A program made the translations under genes and the position numbers. A stretch of 64,000 nt of DNA from Nitrospirota bacterium (GTDB taxonomy: Bacteria > Nitrospirota > Nitrospiria > Nitrospirales > NS-4): assembly GCA_963788195.1 (NCBI GenBank), contig CAWBGA010000002.1, forward strand, positions 352,001-416,000, given 5' to 3'. Of the stretch, positions 53,498 through 64,000 are shown in pieces (the stretch's first letter is position 1; the number at the start of each line of letters is the position of its first letter). Below the pieces are notes generated by a model. That model worked only from the letters and a program-made list of their open reading frames with translations, was not told the DNA's origin and searched no databases.

Positions 53498-54061
53498 TCA
53501 ACGATCAATCACGGTCCAATGGACCTCGTCGTCATGGGTGAGGGAAGCAAGATGGTTCTGAAATCGATAGTGCTGCACGCCCCACTCGTGGTCTCGATAG
53601 TCGATAATCAGTCGGTCTGGACTGAGAACGCGCTGGATCCGAACTTTCTTTAGATCACGTAGACCCGCACCAGTTGCCTTGAGCACAGCCTCCTTCGCCG
53701 TCCAATACCGAAAAAAGGTTTCCCATTCTCGGTTTCCGGCAAGCTCCCATTCGGCGTCTTCCGCCACATACCGAAACAACCCCTTATCTCTGGGGACGAT
53801 TTCCTCAAGATCGATACCCACGGGGTTTGCCGAAACAACCGCGGCCACAAACTGAGGCTTATGGGAGACGGACCAGTACCAGCCAGCGAACGGCATTGGG
53901 ACATTGTGCACGTCTTTTTCAAAAGGGCCGCAGGGTCGGCCGCTGAGCTTACAGGCCTGAACAAGAGCTTCCCGCGCCGTCTCGCGCTGAGCCTGCATGT
54001 GACGCGGGCCACGCAGGGATCTGTGCTCGGGAGACAGCGGCAGTATGACTGGATAGAGCAA
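53498..54061 (-). CDS. Sfp-type 4'-phosphopantetheinyl transferase
   Basis: SVSH, VGIDLE, WTAKEAVLKATG. Confidence 0.92.
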   Translation of the reverse strand: MLYPVILPLSPEHRSLRGPRHMQAQRETAREALVQACKLSGRPCGPFEKDVHNVPMPFAGWYWSVSHKPQFVAAVVSANPVGIDLEEIVPRDKGLFRYVAEDAEWELAGNREWETFFRYWTAKEAVLKATGAGLRDLKKVRIQRVLSPDRLIIDYRDHEWGVQHYRFQNHLASLTHDDEVHWTVIDR

Positions 54062-54165
54062 GGGACTTTGGTTCCAGGGTTATTCTAAACGCGGCGACGG
54101 TGAGAGACAACACTATGGCCCGGGACGTTTACTGTCTCCGGCCGTAAGGAGTAATATGCGCCGAT

Positions 54166-54900
54166 ATGCCTGCCTTCCCGCTCCGACGGCTGCGTGACGT
54201 GTTCTTTCTGGCGGGGCTGATTGTTGTAACCGGATGCCAGCCTGATCATTCGCCGCTCAAGGAAGAGAATGAACGTTTACGTGATCAAGTGGCGAAACAG
54301 GAAGCAATCGTCAGCTCGATTCAGGACGGAACCAAATTTTTGCAGGAGCAAACCACTCTGTTAACCCAAGAGGCGCGTGAGGCCAAGAAGGAAGCCATTC
54401 GTCTTGAAGCGGAACGGCAGGCTACGGCTGCAAAGCTTCAGGCGCAGCTTTTGGAGAACCGCAAGCTCACCAAAGACAATCAGCTCATTTCGGCAACGAA
54501 GAGTCGAAGCGAGCAGAGTTTTCGTGTCGATGACAAAGGCGGCCAATCCGAAGAAGTCCCCCAGCCACTGGCGGCCGTGTGCAGGGCCGCCGAGGAGACT
54601 TTGGAGAAAAATGGATATACGCTGCGGGTGAGCGTCAAGACAGATCAGAAGGCAGTCTATGTCACGGACCGTAAACTGTCATCCCTATCGACACTGGAAC
54701 TTTCCGGGTTTCGCAATCAGTATCTTGTGTCGATTCAAGCGCTTCCTTCGAACCACGCACGTGTTGCCGTAAGGGCAGACTTTGAGAAAATGGGGCAGGG
54801 AGGCCGCGTCTTGGTTGCCGGTACTGAAGAGATCGCAGAGATCGAGCGGCGGCTCATCGGTGAAATTCGGCAAGCGCTTGCCGTGCCTGGAAAAGTGTAG
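54166..54900 (+). CDS. Coiled-coil lipoprotein, hypothetical
   Basis: VTGC lipobox followed by heptad repeats. Confidence 0.8.
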   Translation: MPAFPLRRLRDVFFLAGLIVVTGCQPDHSPLKEENERLRDQVAKQEAIVSSIQDGTKFLQEQTTLLTQEAREAKKEAIRLEAERQATAAKLQAQLLENRKLTKDNQLISATKSRSEQSFRVDDKGGQSEEVPQPLAAVCRAAEETLEKNGYTLRVSVKTDQKAVYVTDRKLSSLSTLELSGFRNQYLVSIQALPSNHARVAVRADFEKMGQGGRVLVAGTEEIAEIERRLIGEIRQALAVPGKV

Positions 54901-54940
54901 GGTTTCCGCGAAGGACCTGAACTAGAATGGCTCGTTCCTC

Positions 54941-55744
54941 ATGACTGGGGTCGTCAAGTCTTCAATAGCGCTCTACCAGCACGCCCTGCATGCCACGCTG
55001 CGCTCATTCGTGCGCGGGTGGATCATCGCGGTTGCGGTCGTTGTCTTCGCGGGCCTGATGATGGTGGCCTCGATGATCGCGCGACCGTTGGGCATGCTTG
55101 GTGGCTTCCTGCTGGGCGCCGTGAATTCCCTACTGATCGGGGCCACCCTCAGTCTCGTTGAGCAGGCTGTGAATAGTGGGCGTCAGTTGGCGTTGGAGGA
55201 TATCAAGGCGAGCTTTGGCCAGTACTTCTGGGATGTCATTAGCGTGGGTTTTGTTCTCTGGCTACCGATCGTGATCATCGAGCAGGGCGCAGCGGCGAAT
55301 CCATACGGTCCCTTCCTCGCCGCCGCGATTTTCTTATTATTATTCATTCTATTGAATCCTGCCCCTGAGGTGATCTATCAAGTGCGGCCAGGCTCTCCGC
55401 TGGACGTCATTCGAGTGAGCTACGAGTTTATTGTGCAGAACTGGCTTGAGTGGTTTTTGCCGTTAGCGTTGGTCATTGCCCCCTTCGGCCTGTCATTTTT
55501 CTTCACCATCTCGGAGCGGATGGGCCGGGGAGCGCTGCTGGACTTTTTTCAGATCCTTGCTCTCCCGTTTCAGCTTCTGCAAGCCGGCCTCAGTTATCTC
55601 GGCCTGCCGAGTGTCGTGAGTTTGACGCTCGTGCTGGTGCTCACGCCCCTGGCGACTGTCGCGATGCTCATCTTTCGCGGGCATCTATTTGCCGCGCTTC
55701 ACGGCTCTTCGAGGCGGAAGCGGGCGTTTGAAGCGCGGCAATAA
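54941..55744 (+). CDS. Integral membrane hypothetical protein
   Basis: About 6 TM segments; intact ORF. Confidence 0.8.
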   Translation: MTGVVKSSIALYQHALHATLRSFVRGWIIAVAVVVFAGLMMVASMIARPLGMLGGFLLGAVNSLLIGATLSLVEQAVNSGRQLALEDIKASFGQYFWDVISVGFVLWLPIVIIEQGAAANPYGPFLAAAIFLLLFILLNPAPEVIYQVRPGSPLDVIRVSYEFIVQNWLEWFLPLALVIAPFGLSFFFTISERMGRGALLDFFQILALPFQLLQAGLSYLGLPSVVSLTLVLVLTPLATVAMLIFRGHLFAALHGSSRRKRAFEARQ

Positions 55745-55880
55745 CACGCCTTCGGGTCCTACCTTCCTAATTCCTTTGATTTAGAGCATCCACAGTATAG
55801 ACTTCTGCTAGTATTTAACGACGCCTCAGGCCTATACGACGGGACGGCTAGTAGAATCCCTTGCGCCCAGGAATCAGGCG

Positions 55881-57374
55881 ATGAGCATTTCGACCAGTGT
55901 GCATGACCTCAAAACCCTAGTGCTCTCGTTCCATCCTGTGATCGTCATCGAGACGGTGGAAGAAGATCGAGTCACTACCCTTCTGAGGAGCGTTGCTGAT
56001 CAACTGTGGCTGCCGTTGTCAGAATGGACGGTCACCCTAGGGCTTATACGGGCTTCTGATGGCGAGACGATTGCCACCACCACCGAACCCTTTCGGCTTC
56101 TAAGACATCTGCAGGGACTAACCGTCGAAGGTCTGTTCGTCCTGAAGGATTTTGCGAGGCATCTGGATGATGCCAAAGTGTCGCGGCAATTTCGGGAAAC
56201 GGCGCAGAGTTTCGCGCGCGGTCGTTCCACGATGGTATTGACCGGCACACCGATTCATCTACCTGCGGATATTGAATCCGATGTCGTGCGATATGAGCTG
56301 AAGTTGCCGGACAGAGACGAACTCCTCAAAGTGGTCTATGCCGTCATCCAGTCATTGAGAAAGACCCATAAAGTCGAGACTCAACTGAAAGAGGAGGATC
56401 GCGAGCAACTCTTGCTTGCCCTACAAGGGATGACCTTGAATCAGGCCCGCCAGGCCGTCGCCGAAGTGGTTATGAACGCCGACGGGCGTACGGCTGCGGA
56501 AGATATCCGAGTAGTACTGAAGCGAAAAGCGCAGATGATTCAGGAGGGCGGCCTGCTGGAATATTATCCGGTCGAGGACAATCGGTTTCAGCTGGGCGGC
56601 TTCGGGAACCTCAAAGCCTGGCTTGAGCGGCAACGAATCGGTTTTACCCAAGAAGCTCGCGCGCTGAATCTCAGCCCTCCTCGTGGACTTCTCATCGTCG
56701 GGGTGCCCGGCTGCGGAAAGTCTTTAGCCGCAAAGGTTATCGCTCGTGAATGGAAGTTGCCTCTAGTAAAACTGGATGCCGGGCGGCTGTTCGACAAGTA
56801 CATCGGAGAGTCGGAAAAGAATTTTCGGAAGGCAATCGCCATGGCCGAGTCCATGGCCCCTGTGGTGTTGTGGATTGATGAAATCGAGAAAGGAATGGTT
56901 GCAACCGGCGGGGGCGAGGCGGATGCGGGCTTAAGCCGGCGCCTCTTCGGCGCATTCCTGACATGGCTTCAGGAAAAACGCCAGGAAGTGTTTGTGGTCG
57001 CCACGGCGAATGATCTTTCCATTCTTCCCCCCGAACTTCTCCGGAAGGGACGGTTCGATGAGATCTTCTTTGTTGATCTTCCGGATCCTCAAGAACGCGA
57101 AGCCATTCTTAAGATTCACCTCACGCTGCGTAAACAGGATCCGTTAGCGTTTGACGTAGCCAAAATCGTGGCCGCATGTAACGGCTTCAGCGGAGCGGAG
57201 ATTGAGCAGGCGGTGGTGGCCGGGCTCTACCGGGCGCTGTCGTCAAAGCGCGCGTTGAATACGGAGCTGCTGCTGGAAGAGATCGGCCACACGATTCCAT
57301 TGTCCGTGACCCGGCGAGAAGATATCGAGCGTTTACAAGAGATGGCCAAAGGACGGTTTGTCAGCGTGCGGTAA
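55881..57374 (+). CDS. Ycf46-like AAA+ ATPase
   Basis: [40 protein letters not shown]. Confidence 0.93.
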   Translation: MSISTSVHDLKTLVLSFHPVIVIETVEEDRVTTLLRSVADQLWLPLSEWTVTLGLIRASDGETIATTTEPFRLLRHLQGLTVEGLFVLKDFARHLDDAKVSRQFRETAQSFARGRSTMVLTGTPIHLPADIESDVVRYELKLPDRDELLKVVYAVIQSLRKTHKVETQLKEEDREQLLLALQGMTLNQARQAVAEVVMNADGRTAAEDIRVVLKRKAQMIQEGGLLEYYPVEDNRFQLGGFGNLKAWLERQRIGFTQEARALNLSPPRGLLIVGVPGCGKSLAAKVIAREWKLPLVKLDAGRLFDKYIGESEKNFRKAIAMAESMAPVVLWIDEIEKGMVATGGGEADAGLSRRLFGAFLTWLQEKRQEVFVVATANDLSILPPELLRKGRFDEIFFVDLPDPQEREAILKIHLTLRKQDPLAFDVAKIVAACNGFSGAEIEQAVVAGLYRALSSKRALNTELLLEEIGHTIPLSVTRREDIERLQEMAKGRFVSVR

Positions 57375-57562
57375 GACTGAGCCTGCCGGCCCGCCTCCTT
57401 GAACAAATCATCAGTAACATCCGAAAAGGATGGGATTCAAAGGGTTTCGCCCGCAGGTCACCCCGCTCGTTTTCATACCAGTAGGGTAGGAGCCTGACTC
57501 AAAAGGCAAGCTTGCTGATGCGCGTCTTGACGTAGTTCTTCGGGCGGGTGTAGCTTCCGTGG

Positions 57563-59431
57563 ATGGTACCCGAACATAGCCAGGCCAGGGTCGCTCTGGT
57601 CAACATGCCGTTCAGTTCGAGCAAGTATCCTTCTATCCAATTAGGTACGCTGTCCTCGATCCTAAAATCGCAGGGAATCGGCGTCAAGAGCCATCACCTC
57701 TACCTGCATTTTGCCTATCAGCTGGGCGTGCCGCTGTACGAAAATCTGTGCGAAAAACGGGGCTTACTCGGCGAATGGCTCTTCTCGCATCTGCTGTTCC
57801 GCGACAATCCGAAGAATGCCGCATATCCCAGCACGTTTAAGCCGATCTTTGAGGATGTCTGCCGTGAAACCGGGTGTCCGCCCTCATATCTTCTGGACCT
57901 CAAGACTTCGGGCGCGCCGCAGTACCTCACGCGCATGCTGACGGAGATTGACTGGGGGCAGTACCAGGTGGTCGGCTTTACTTCCACTTTTGATCAGAAT
58001 GTCGCAAGTCTCACCATGGCGAAGTTGATTAAGGACCTCTATCCTTCCGTCAGAATCGTCTTCGGCGGCGCGAATTTCGACGGCGAGATGGGGTTGGAGC
58101 ACTTCCGGGCATTTCCGTGGATCGATTATGTGGTGGTAGGGGAAGGGGAAGAAGTCTTTCCAGCGCTGGTGAAACAGATCCTGGACGGAAAAGAGGACAG
58201 CTTCGGGCCTGGCGTGGTGCACCGGCTGGCCGGGAAGATTATGTTTGAGCCCAATGAGCGGCTCTTCTCAGAGTTTGAAAAAACCGGGCCTCCCGACTAT
58301 GACGATTATTTTGAACTTCTGCGTGATCTCAATCCACAGTTCGCGGAGGGCCTGAACAAGATCCTGCTCTATGAGGCGGCGCGAGGGTGCTGGTGGGGGG
58401 AAAAGCATCATTGCACGTTTTGCGGACTGAATGCGCAAAGCATGACATTTCGCTCAAAATCCGCCGGGCAAGTACTCAACGAGATGAGGCAACTGTCGAG
58501 CCGTTACAACACGACGCGCTTCCGCTTTGTCGACAACATCATCGATATGAAATACATCGAGGGTGTCTTCGCCAAGCTTGCAGAGGAGCGTTATGACTTC
58601 GAAGTCTTCATTGAAACCAAGAGCAATCTCAGCAAGCGGCAACTGCAAACACTCGCACACGGCGGCGTGAGATCCTTTCAGCCCGGCATCGAGAGCTTGA
58701 GCATCAATCAGCTGAAGGAAATGAAAAAAGGCGTGACGCCGCTGCAGAATCTCACGGCGCTGAAATGGGCGAGCTATTACGGCATCGAGACCCTATGGAA
58801 CATTCTTCTTGGCTTTCCAGGGGAGACGGACGAGGATTACCGGCGGCAGATCGCATTGATCCCCTCGCTTTTTCATTTTCAGCCGCCGCTGAGCGTCGGA
58901 GAGCTCTGGCTGGAGCGCTTTAGCCCGTACTTCAAGTGGCCTGCCGACAATGGGATCCGCATTACCGGTCCAGGCCTGGCCTACGAATACGTCTATGACC
59001 CGAAGGTCGTGAATCTCGAGAAGATAGCCTATGATTTTGAGTATGAGCTTCTCGAGAAGAAGGTCCATCCAAGCTTAATCGAGGAACTGACGCATCTCAC
59101 GGCGGAATGGAAGCGCCGGCATACCACCGACGACAAACCCTTCCTACTCTATGCCAAGGCAATTGATTTCGTGACCGTCTTCGACGGCCGTTCTGAGCAA
59201 CCTCTCAAAGAACGGTACGACTGGCCGCACGCCTTCATCATTGACTTCTGTAATGAAGCGCCGAAATATCTGGATCAGCTCAAAGCCGGGGTTAAAGAAC
59301 ATAGCCAGGGCGGCGGTTTTGATGACGGAGATGTTGAGCAGGCTGTGGAGGCTCTACTCAAAAAACGTGTGCTCTATGAAGAAAGCCAGCGCTATTTCAC
59401 CCTCGCGCTTCCGGTCAATCAGACGCACTAA
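57563..59431 (+). CDS. B12-binding radical SAM enzyme, RiPP maturation radical SAM protein 1 type
   Basis: VNMPF..PSIQLG, VVGFTSTF.Q, GGAN, GEGE, RGCWWGEKHHCTFCGLN (CX7CX2C), QPGIES. Confidence 0.92.
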   Translation: MVPEHSQARVALVNMPFSSSKYPSIQLGTLSSILKSQGIGVKSHHLYLHFAYQLGVPLYENLCEKRGLLGEWLFSHLLFRDNPKNAAYPSTFKPIFEDVCRETGCPPSYLLDLKTSGAPQYLTRMLTEIDWGQYQVVGFTSTFDQNVASLTMAKLIKDLYPSVRIVFGGANFDGEMGLEHFRAFPWIDYVVVGEGEEVFPALVKQILDGKEDSFGPGVVHRLAGKIMFEPNERLFSEFEKTGPPDYDDYFELLRDLNPQFAEGLNKILLYEAARGCWWGEKHHCTFCGLNAQSMTFRSKSAGQVLNEMRQLSSRYNTTRFRFVDNIIDMKYIEGVFAKLAEERYDFEVFIETKSNLSKRQLQTLAHGGVRSFQPGIESLSINQLKEMKKGVTPLQNLTALKWASYYGIETLWNILLGFPGETDEDYRRQIALIPSLFHFQPPLSVGELWLERFSPYFKWPADNGIRITGPGLAYEYVYDPKVVNLEKIAYDFEYELLEKKVHPSLIEELTHLTAEWKRRHTTDDKPFLLYAKAIDFVTVFDGRSEQPLKERYDWPHAFIIDFCNEAPKYLDQLKAGVKEHSQGGGFDDGDVEQAVEALLKKRVLYEESQRYFTLALPVNQTH

Positions 59432-60532
59432 CGATTCCCGACTGATGACGTTTGGGACGTCCGTTGTAACCTCACGGTCCCGTCGCCCGAGAAAGAGATC
59501 GGCAAGAACAGCGCATTCAAGGCCAAAAGGAAGATATCCGGCATAGCCGAGCGCGGGCATTTCGAAGAGTGAAAAGTGCTGGACATAGGGCACGGCATAT
59601 TGCCAGTGTGCGAGGCTCTTCGAGTTCCATAACTCCCACAGGACACCGCAGGCGAGTCCGGCAAGCGCGGGCACCCACACCGCCCGCCAATCGCCCTGCT
59701 TCAGATTTGCAAATCGTGAGGCGCCGCCCAACAACACCTGAAGCGATGCCAGGACCAGCAGTGGCGCCATCCATAATAGCGGAAACAGCGCATTGGGCCG
59801 GACGCCCAGAGCCGCCAAGCCGGCGGCTCCAACAGTCAGTGCCAGGACGGCCGCGGCTTTCCAATTGCGGATGTGAACCCGCCAAAGATTTTGTAGCGGC
59901 ACGGTTAGCCTGGGAAAGCCCGCTAACCACTGCGAAGTGCTCAGCACGGCCGGCAGCACGGTTGCGAAGGGTAGCGTCGCGTAGATGAAGTACTCGAGAG
60001 GGCTGAACTCTGCAATACCCACATAATGCCAGTTCTGCACGAACCGGTTCAGATACTCAAAGTACCACCAGAACGCTGCGCTGAGAGGGAACAGCCAGAG
60101 AAAATATGTCGGCCGGTCCAGCATCAGGCAGTGGCCTGTCCGCCGCAACGTCCAGGCGTTGATTGCAAGGATGTAGCCGAGCCAAATCGGGCTGAACGTA
60201 AACCCTTGCCAATCTTTGAACCAGGTGAAACGCGACCACGCAAACACCCAGGCCACAGATAACAGCACGAACCCGAAATACCCCCACCATGGAAAAGCTT
60301 GTCGAACCGGTGGCGTTTCACTCGGCGTGCGGGTTCTGATAATCCGAAAGATAAAAGGACCGGTCACCAGGCTGACGAACAGGACCAATGCGAAAAACAC
60401 CGGCCAGGAGAACCCTTCGTGGGTGATGTATCGGGTGACCGGGGGGAACTCCTGGTATCGCGAAATCGGGTATCCCGCCAGTAGGACTCCAAGTAATGGC
60501 AATCCGACGAGTAGGATGGTGACAAGAAACAA
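59354..60532 (-). CDS. Polytopic membrane hypothetical protein
   Basis: Multiple TM segments; WWYFEYLN..W.Y and WELWN..W.Y...FEMP.LGY.GY repeats; 3' end overlaps the radical SAM gene. Confidence 0.8.
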   Translation of the reverse strand: MFLVTILLVGLPLLGVLLAGYPISRYQEFPPVTRYITHEGFSWPVFFALVLFVSLVTGPFIFRIIRTRTPSETPPVRQAFPWWGYFGFVLLSVAWVFAWSRFTWFKDWQGFTFSPIWLGYILAINAWTLRRTGHCLMLDRPTYFLWLFPLSAAFWWYFEYLNRFVQNWHYVGIAEFSPLEYFIYATLPFATVLPAVLSTSQWLAGFPRLTVPLQNLWRVHIRNWKAAAVLALTVGAAGLAALGVRPNALFPLLWMAPLLVLASLQVLLGGASRFANLKQGDWRAVWVPALAGLACGVLWELWNSKSLAHWQYAVPYVQHFSLFEMPALGYAGYLPFGLECAVLADLFLGRRDREVTTDVPNVISRESLVRLIDRKREGEIALAFFIEHTFFE

Positions 60533-60615
60533 TTTAAGGATAAGCGTGAAGGGTGCAGCGTGGTCCGTGCTCGAGGCGGGGATACCGAAAAACCGAAACG
60601 ATGCGACCAGAGGAT

Positions 60616-62049
60616 TTATGATGGGATTCCGTGGGGCTTAGCGGCATGGAGATATTGATCGACGCTTGCCGCCATCTTCCTGCCTTCAGCGATCGCCCAG
60701 ACAATCAATGACGCGCCCCGCCTTACATCGCCGCCTGCAAACACACCGGGCAGGCTCGTCATGTAATTTGGATCCGTTTTGACATTGCCGCGCGCGTCGT
60801 ATTCGACCCCCAAACTATCGAGGAGGCCGCTCTTTACCGGTCCCGTGAAGCCCATCGCCAAAAGGACCAGATCCACGTTCAACGCAACGTCACCGTCGGG
60901 GAGCGGCGTGAATTGGCCGTTCTGGAACGTCACGCGCTGAGCATGGAGCTTGGTCACATGGCCGTTGTGACCGGTCAGTTTCGTTGTGGACAGGCTCCAC
61001 TGCCGGTCGCATCCCTCTTCATGGGCGTGGGAGGTGCGAAGCTGCATCGGCCAGAGCGGCCACGGAGTAGACGTGGCGCGCTGCGGCGGAGGCTCGGGGA
61101 GCAGCTCGAACTGATGGACTTCGACGCAGCCCTGCCGATGCGTGGTGCCGAGGCAGTCCGATCCGGTATCTCCGCCGCCTATGATGACCACGCGCTTGCC
61201 TTTGGCGGTGATCGGCTCGTCCGCCAGGACCTGCCCCGCATTGCGCTTGTTCTGTTGCATAAGGTAATCCATCGCGAGATGGATTCCCTTCAAGTCACGA
61301 CCTGCGACCGGCAGCTCGCGCGGTTGCTCGGCGCCCATTGCCAGGCACACCACGTCATAGCGGCGCCGGAGATCCTCACCGCTCATGTCGACGCCGACAT
61401 TGACGTTGGTCTGAAACTCCACTCCCTCCGCCTTCATCTGCTCGAGCCGACGGTCGACGACCCATTTTTCCATTTTGAAGTCGGGGATGCCGTACACGAG
61501 GAGCCCCCCGATCCGGTCCGCCTTCTCAAATACTGTCACGTGATGTCCCGCTCGCGCCAATTGTTGCGCGCAGGCCAACCCGGCTGGTCCGGACCCAACG
61601 ACGGCCACCGTCTTTCCGGTCTGATAGGGAGACAGGATTGGCTGCACCCAGCCTTCATCGAAGCCTCTATCGATAATATTCCATTCGATGACCCGAATAG
61701 AGACCGGGTCTTCATTGATGCCGAGGACACACGCAGATTCGCATGGGGCCGGGCACAGGCGGCCGGTGAATTCTGGAAAATTGTTGGTGGTATGGAGCGC
61801 TTTCAGGGCGTCTTTCCAGCGGCCTCGGTGAACAAGGTCGTTCCATTCGGGAATCAGGTTGACCACAGGACAGCCGTTGTGGCTCTGGCAGAACGGCACA
61901 CCGCAGTCCATACAGCGCGCGCCTTGCGCCTTGAGCGCGTCCTCAGGCATCGGCTCGTAGAACTCTTTCCAGTCCTGGACGCGCAGTTCAACGGGCCGTC
62001 GCTTGGGCCCTTCCCGTGCATATTTCATAAAGCCCTTGGGATCAGCCAT
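60616..62049 (-). CDS. gltD: Glutamate synthase small subunit
   Basis: [43 protein letters not shown]. Confidence 0.98.
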   Translation of the reverse strand: MADPKGFMKYAREGPKRRPVELRVQDWKEFYEPMPEDALKAQGARCMDCGVPFCQSHNGCPVVNLIPEWNDLVHRGRWKDALKALHTTNNFPEFTGRLCPAPCESACVLGINEDPVSIRVIEWNIIDRGFDEGWVQPILSPYQTGKTVAVVGSGPAGLACAQQLARAGHHVTVFEKADRIGGLLVYGIPDFKMEKWVVDRRLEQMKAEGVEFQTNVNVGVDMSGEDLRRRYDVVCLAMGAEQPRELPVAGRDLKGIHLAMDYLMQQNKRNAGQVLADEPITAKGKRVVIIGGGDTGSDCLGTTHRQGCVEVHQFELLPEPPPQRATSTPWPLWPMQLRTSHAHEEGCDRQWSLSTTKLTGHNGHVTKLHAQRVTFQNGQFTPLPDGDVALNVDLVLLAMGFTGPVKSGLLDSLGVEYDARGNVKTDPNYMTSLPGVFAGGDVRRGASLIVWAIAEGRKMAASVDQYLHAAKPHGIPS

Positions 62050-64000
62050 GGGCCGCCATTTCCTTTTGCGCCACGACCTTCGCCGCGGCTGCTTTGCGCT
62101 CCGCCAGGACGCGTTTGTAGTCGATCGGCATGATCTTCACGAATTTTCTGACCATCAGCTCCCAGGAATCGAGAACCGTCTTCGCCTTGCGGCTGCCGGT
62201 GTAGCGATAGTGGGATTCAATGAGTCTCCCGCAGGAGGCTCTTGTCCTCTTTTCCCACCTTCTCAAGTTCCACCATCCCCATGTTGCAGCGTTGCTCGAA
62301 CTTGCCGTCTTCATTCAGGATGAAGGCCATGCCGCCCGACATGCCCGCCGCGAAGTTGCGGCCCGTCTTTCCGAGGACGACCACCACCCCGCCCGTCATG
62401 TACTCGCATCCATGATCACCCGTGCCCTCGATCACGGCGCGCGCGCCGCTGTTCCGCACCGCGAAGCGCTCCCCCGCCGTTCCGTAAAAATAGGCTTCGC
62501 CCTGGGTGGCGCCGTAGAGAGACGTGTTGCCGATCAGGATCGTCTCCTCGGGGACGAACGTGGAGGCTTTCGGAGGATACACAATGATGCGCCCGCCCGC
62601 ACAGGCCCTTGCCGAGGTAGTCGTTGGATTCTCCCTCTAGTTCAAGCGTGACGCCTCTGGCCAGAAATGCGCCGAAGGACTGCCCGGCCGAGCCGGTGAA
62701 CTTCAGATGGATGGTGTCCGGCGGCAAACCCTCGAGGCGATAGCGCTTCGCGATCGCGCTGGAGAGAATGGTCCCCACCGTACGGTTTACATTGCGAATC
62801 GGCAGATCCAGACGCACCGGCTTTTGATGCTCGAGGGCCGGGCGCGCACAGTTCAAGGAGTTTCCAGTCCAGGGCGTCGGTCAAGCCGTGGTCCTGTTTT
62901 TCCCGGCAGTAGCGGGCGACTCCCGGTTTGACTTGCGGCTGGTGCAGGATCGCCGAGAGGTCCAAGCCCTTGGCCTTCCAATGGTCAATTGCCTGCTGTG
63001 CCTTGAGCCTGTCAGTCCGGCCGATCATCTCCTCGAATTTCCGGAAGCCGAGCGCCGCCATCAGTTCGCGTACCTCTTCGGCGATAAAGAAGAAGTAGTT
63101 CACCACATGTTCCGGCTGTCCCGTGAACTTGGCGCGCAATGCAGGATCGTGCGTGGCAATGCCGACCGGACAGGTGTTCAGATGGCACTTGCGCATCATG
63201 ATGCACCCTTCGACGATCAGCGGGGCCGTGGAGAAGCCGAATTCTTCGGCGCCGAGCAGGGCCGCGATCACTACGTCACGACCGGTCTTCATTTGGCCGT
63301 CGGTCTCGACCTTGATACGCCCGCGCAGATTGTTCAGAACAAGCGTCTGCTGAGTTTCGGCCAGCCCCAACTCCCAAGGGATGCCCCCGTATTTGATCGA
63401 GGAGAGAGGGGACGCGCCGGTGCCGCCCGAGTCCCCGCTGATCAGCACCTTGTCGGCCTTGGCCTTGGCGACGCCGGCGGCGACGGTCCCGACCCCGACT
63501 TCCGCCACCAGTTTCACCGAGACATCCGCGTCCGGATTCGCGTTTTTCAGGTCATAGATCAATTGGGCCAGATCTTCGATCGAATAGATGTCGTGATGCG
63601 GAGGCGGAGAGATGAGCTGCACGCCTGGGGTGGCATAGCGCAAACGCGCGATGGTCTCATCCACTTTATGACCGGGAAGCTGGCCGCCTTCGCCGGGTTT
63701 CGCGCCCTGGGCCATCTTGATCTGCAGTTCTTTCGCGTGGACCATGTAGTCGGTGGTAACGCCGAAGCGCGCCGAGGCGACTTGTTTGATCGCGCTGTTC
63801 TTGCTGTCGCCGTTCGGGAGCGGCACGAACCGCTCCGGGTCTTCGCCGCCTTCGCCGGTATTGCTCTTGCCGCCGATCCGGTTCATCGCAATAGCTAGCG
63901 TTTCATGAGCTTCTTTGCTGATCGCGCCGAACGACATCGCGCCGGTGGTAAAGCGCTTGACGATCGCCGTCGCGGGTTCGACTTCCTCGATGGGAATCGG
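62042..64000 (-). CDS. gltB: Glutamate synthase large subunit, 3' part (frameshifted)
   Basis: [60 protein letters not shown]. Confidence 0.98.

Noticed and set aside
53498..59431. Biosynthetic cluster linking the PPTase, AAA ATPase and radical SAM
   Set aside because: No carrier protein, PKS/NRPS or precursor; genes differ in orientation and appear to have separate promoters.

Overview
Bacterial chromosomal window. Gene content and style suggest a Nitrospirota (Nitrospira-like) organism; this is inference, not a database result. Core genes include rplI-glyA-nrdR, lpxC, glnS, a tandem-domain ThyX, pgi, hemD, a TetR-RND efflux operon, a Ycf46-like AAA ATPase, a B12-radical SAM of the RiPP-maturase type and gltBD. 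There are four tRNAs: Leu-CAG, Arg-ACG, Gly-GCC and Arg-UCG. An accessory region (about 32.9-44.9 kb) lies between the convergent 3' ends of tRNA-Gly and tRNA-Arg(UCG) and carries a PilZ-PilZ-LuxD-like-methyltransferase fusion, regulators, secreted proteins and a restriction-modification remnant. Many genes, including normally essential ones, are broken by single frameshifts, most likely assembly indels. The most notable unannotated signal is two tandem Lys-rich micro-ORFs (MPAKKKAAKKKR and MPAKKKAKKKR), each with a near-perfect Shine-Dalgarno, directly behind a coiled-coil/HARE-HTH gene. Other highlights are a PA2779/C39-peptidase/TPR cassette with a double-glycine motif, a Rossmann-fold histidine kinase, a catalytically dead SF1-helicase-like protein, a sigma-54 promoter for lpxC, covarying hairpin repeat families and an unannotated DNA-ligase remnant. 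All family assignments come from motif recognition by eye.
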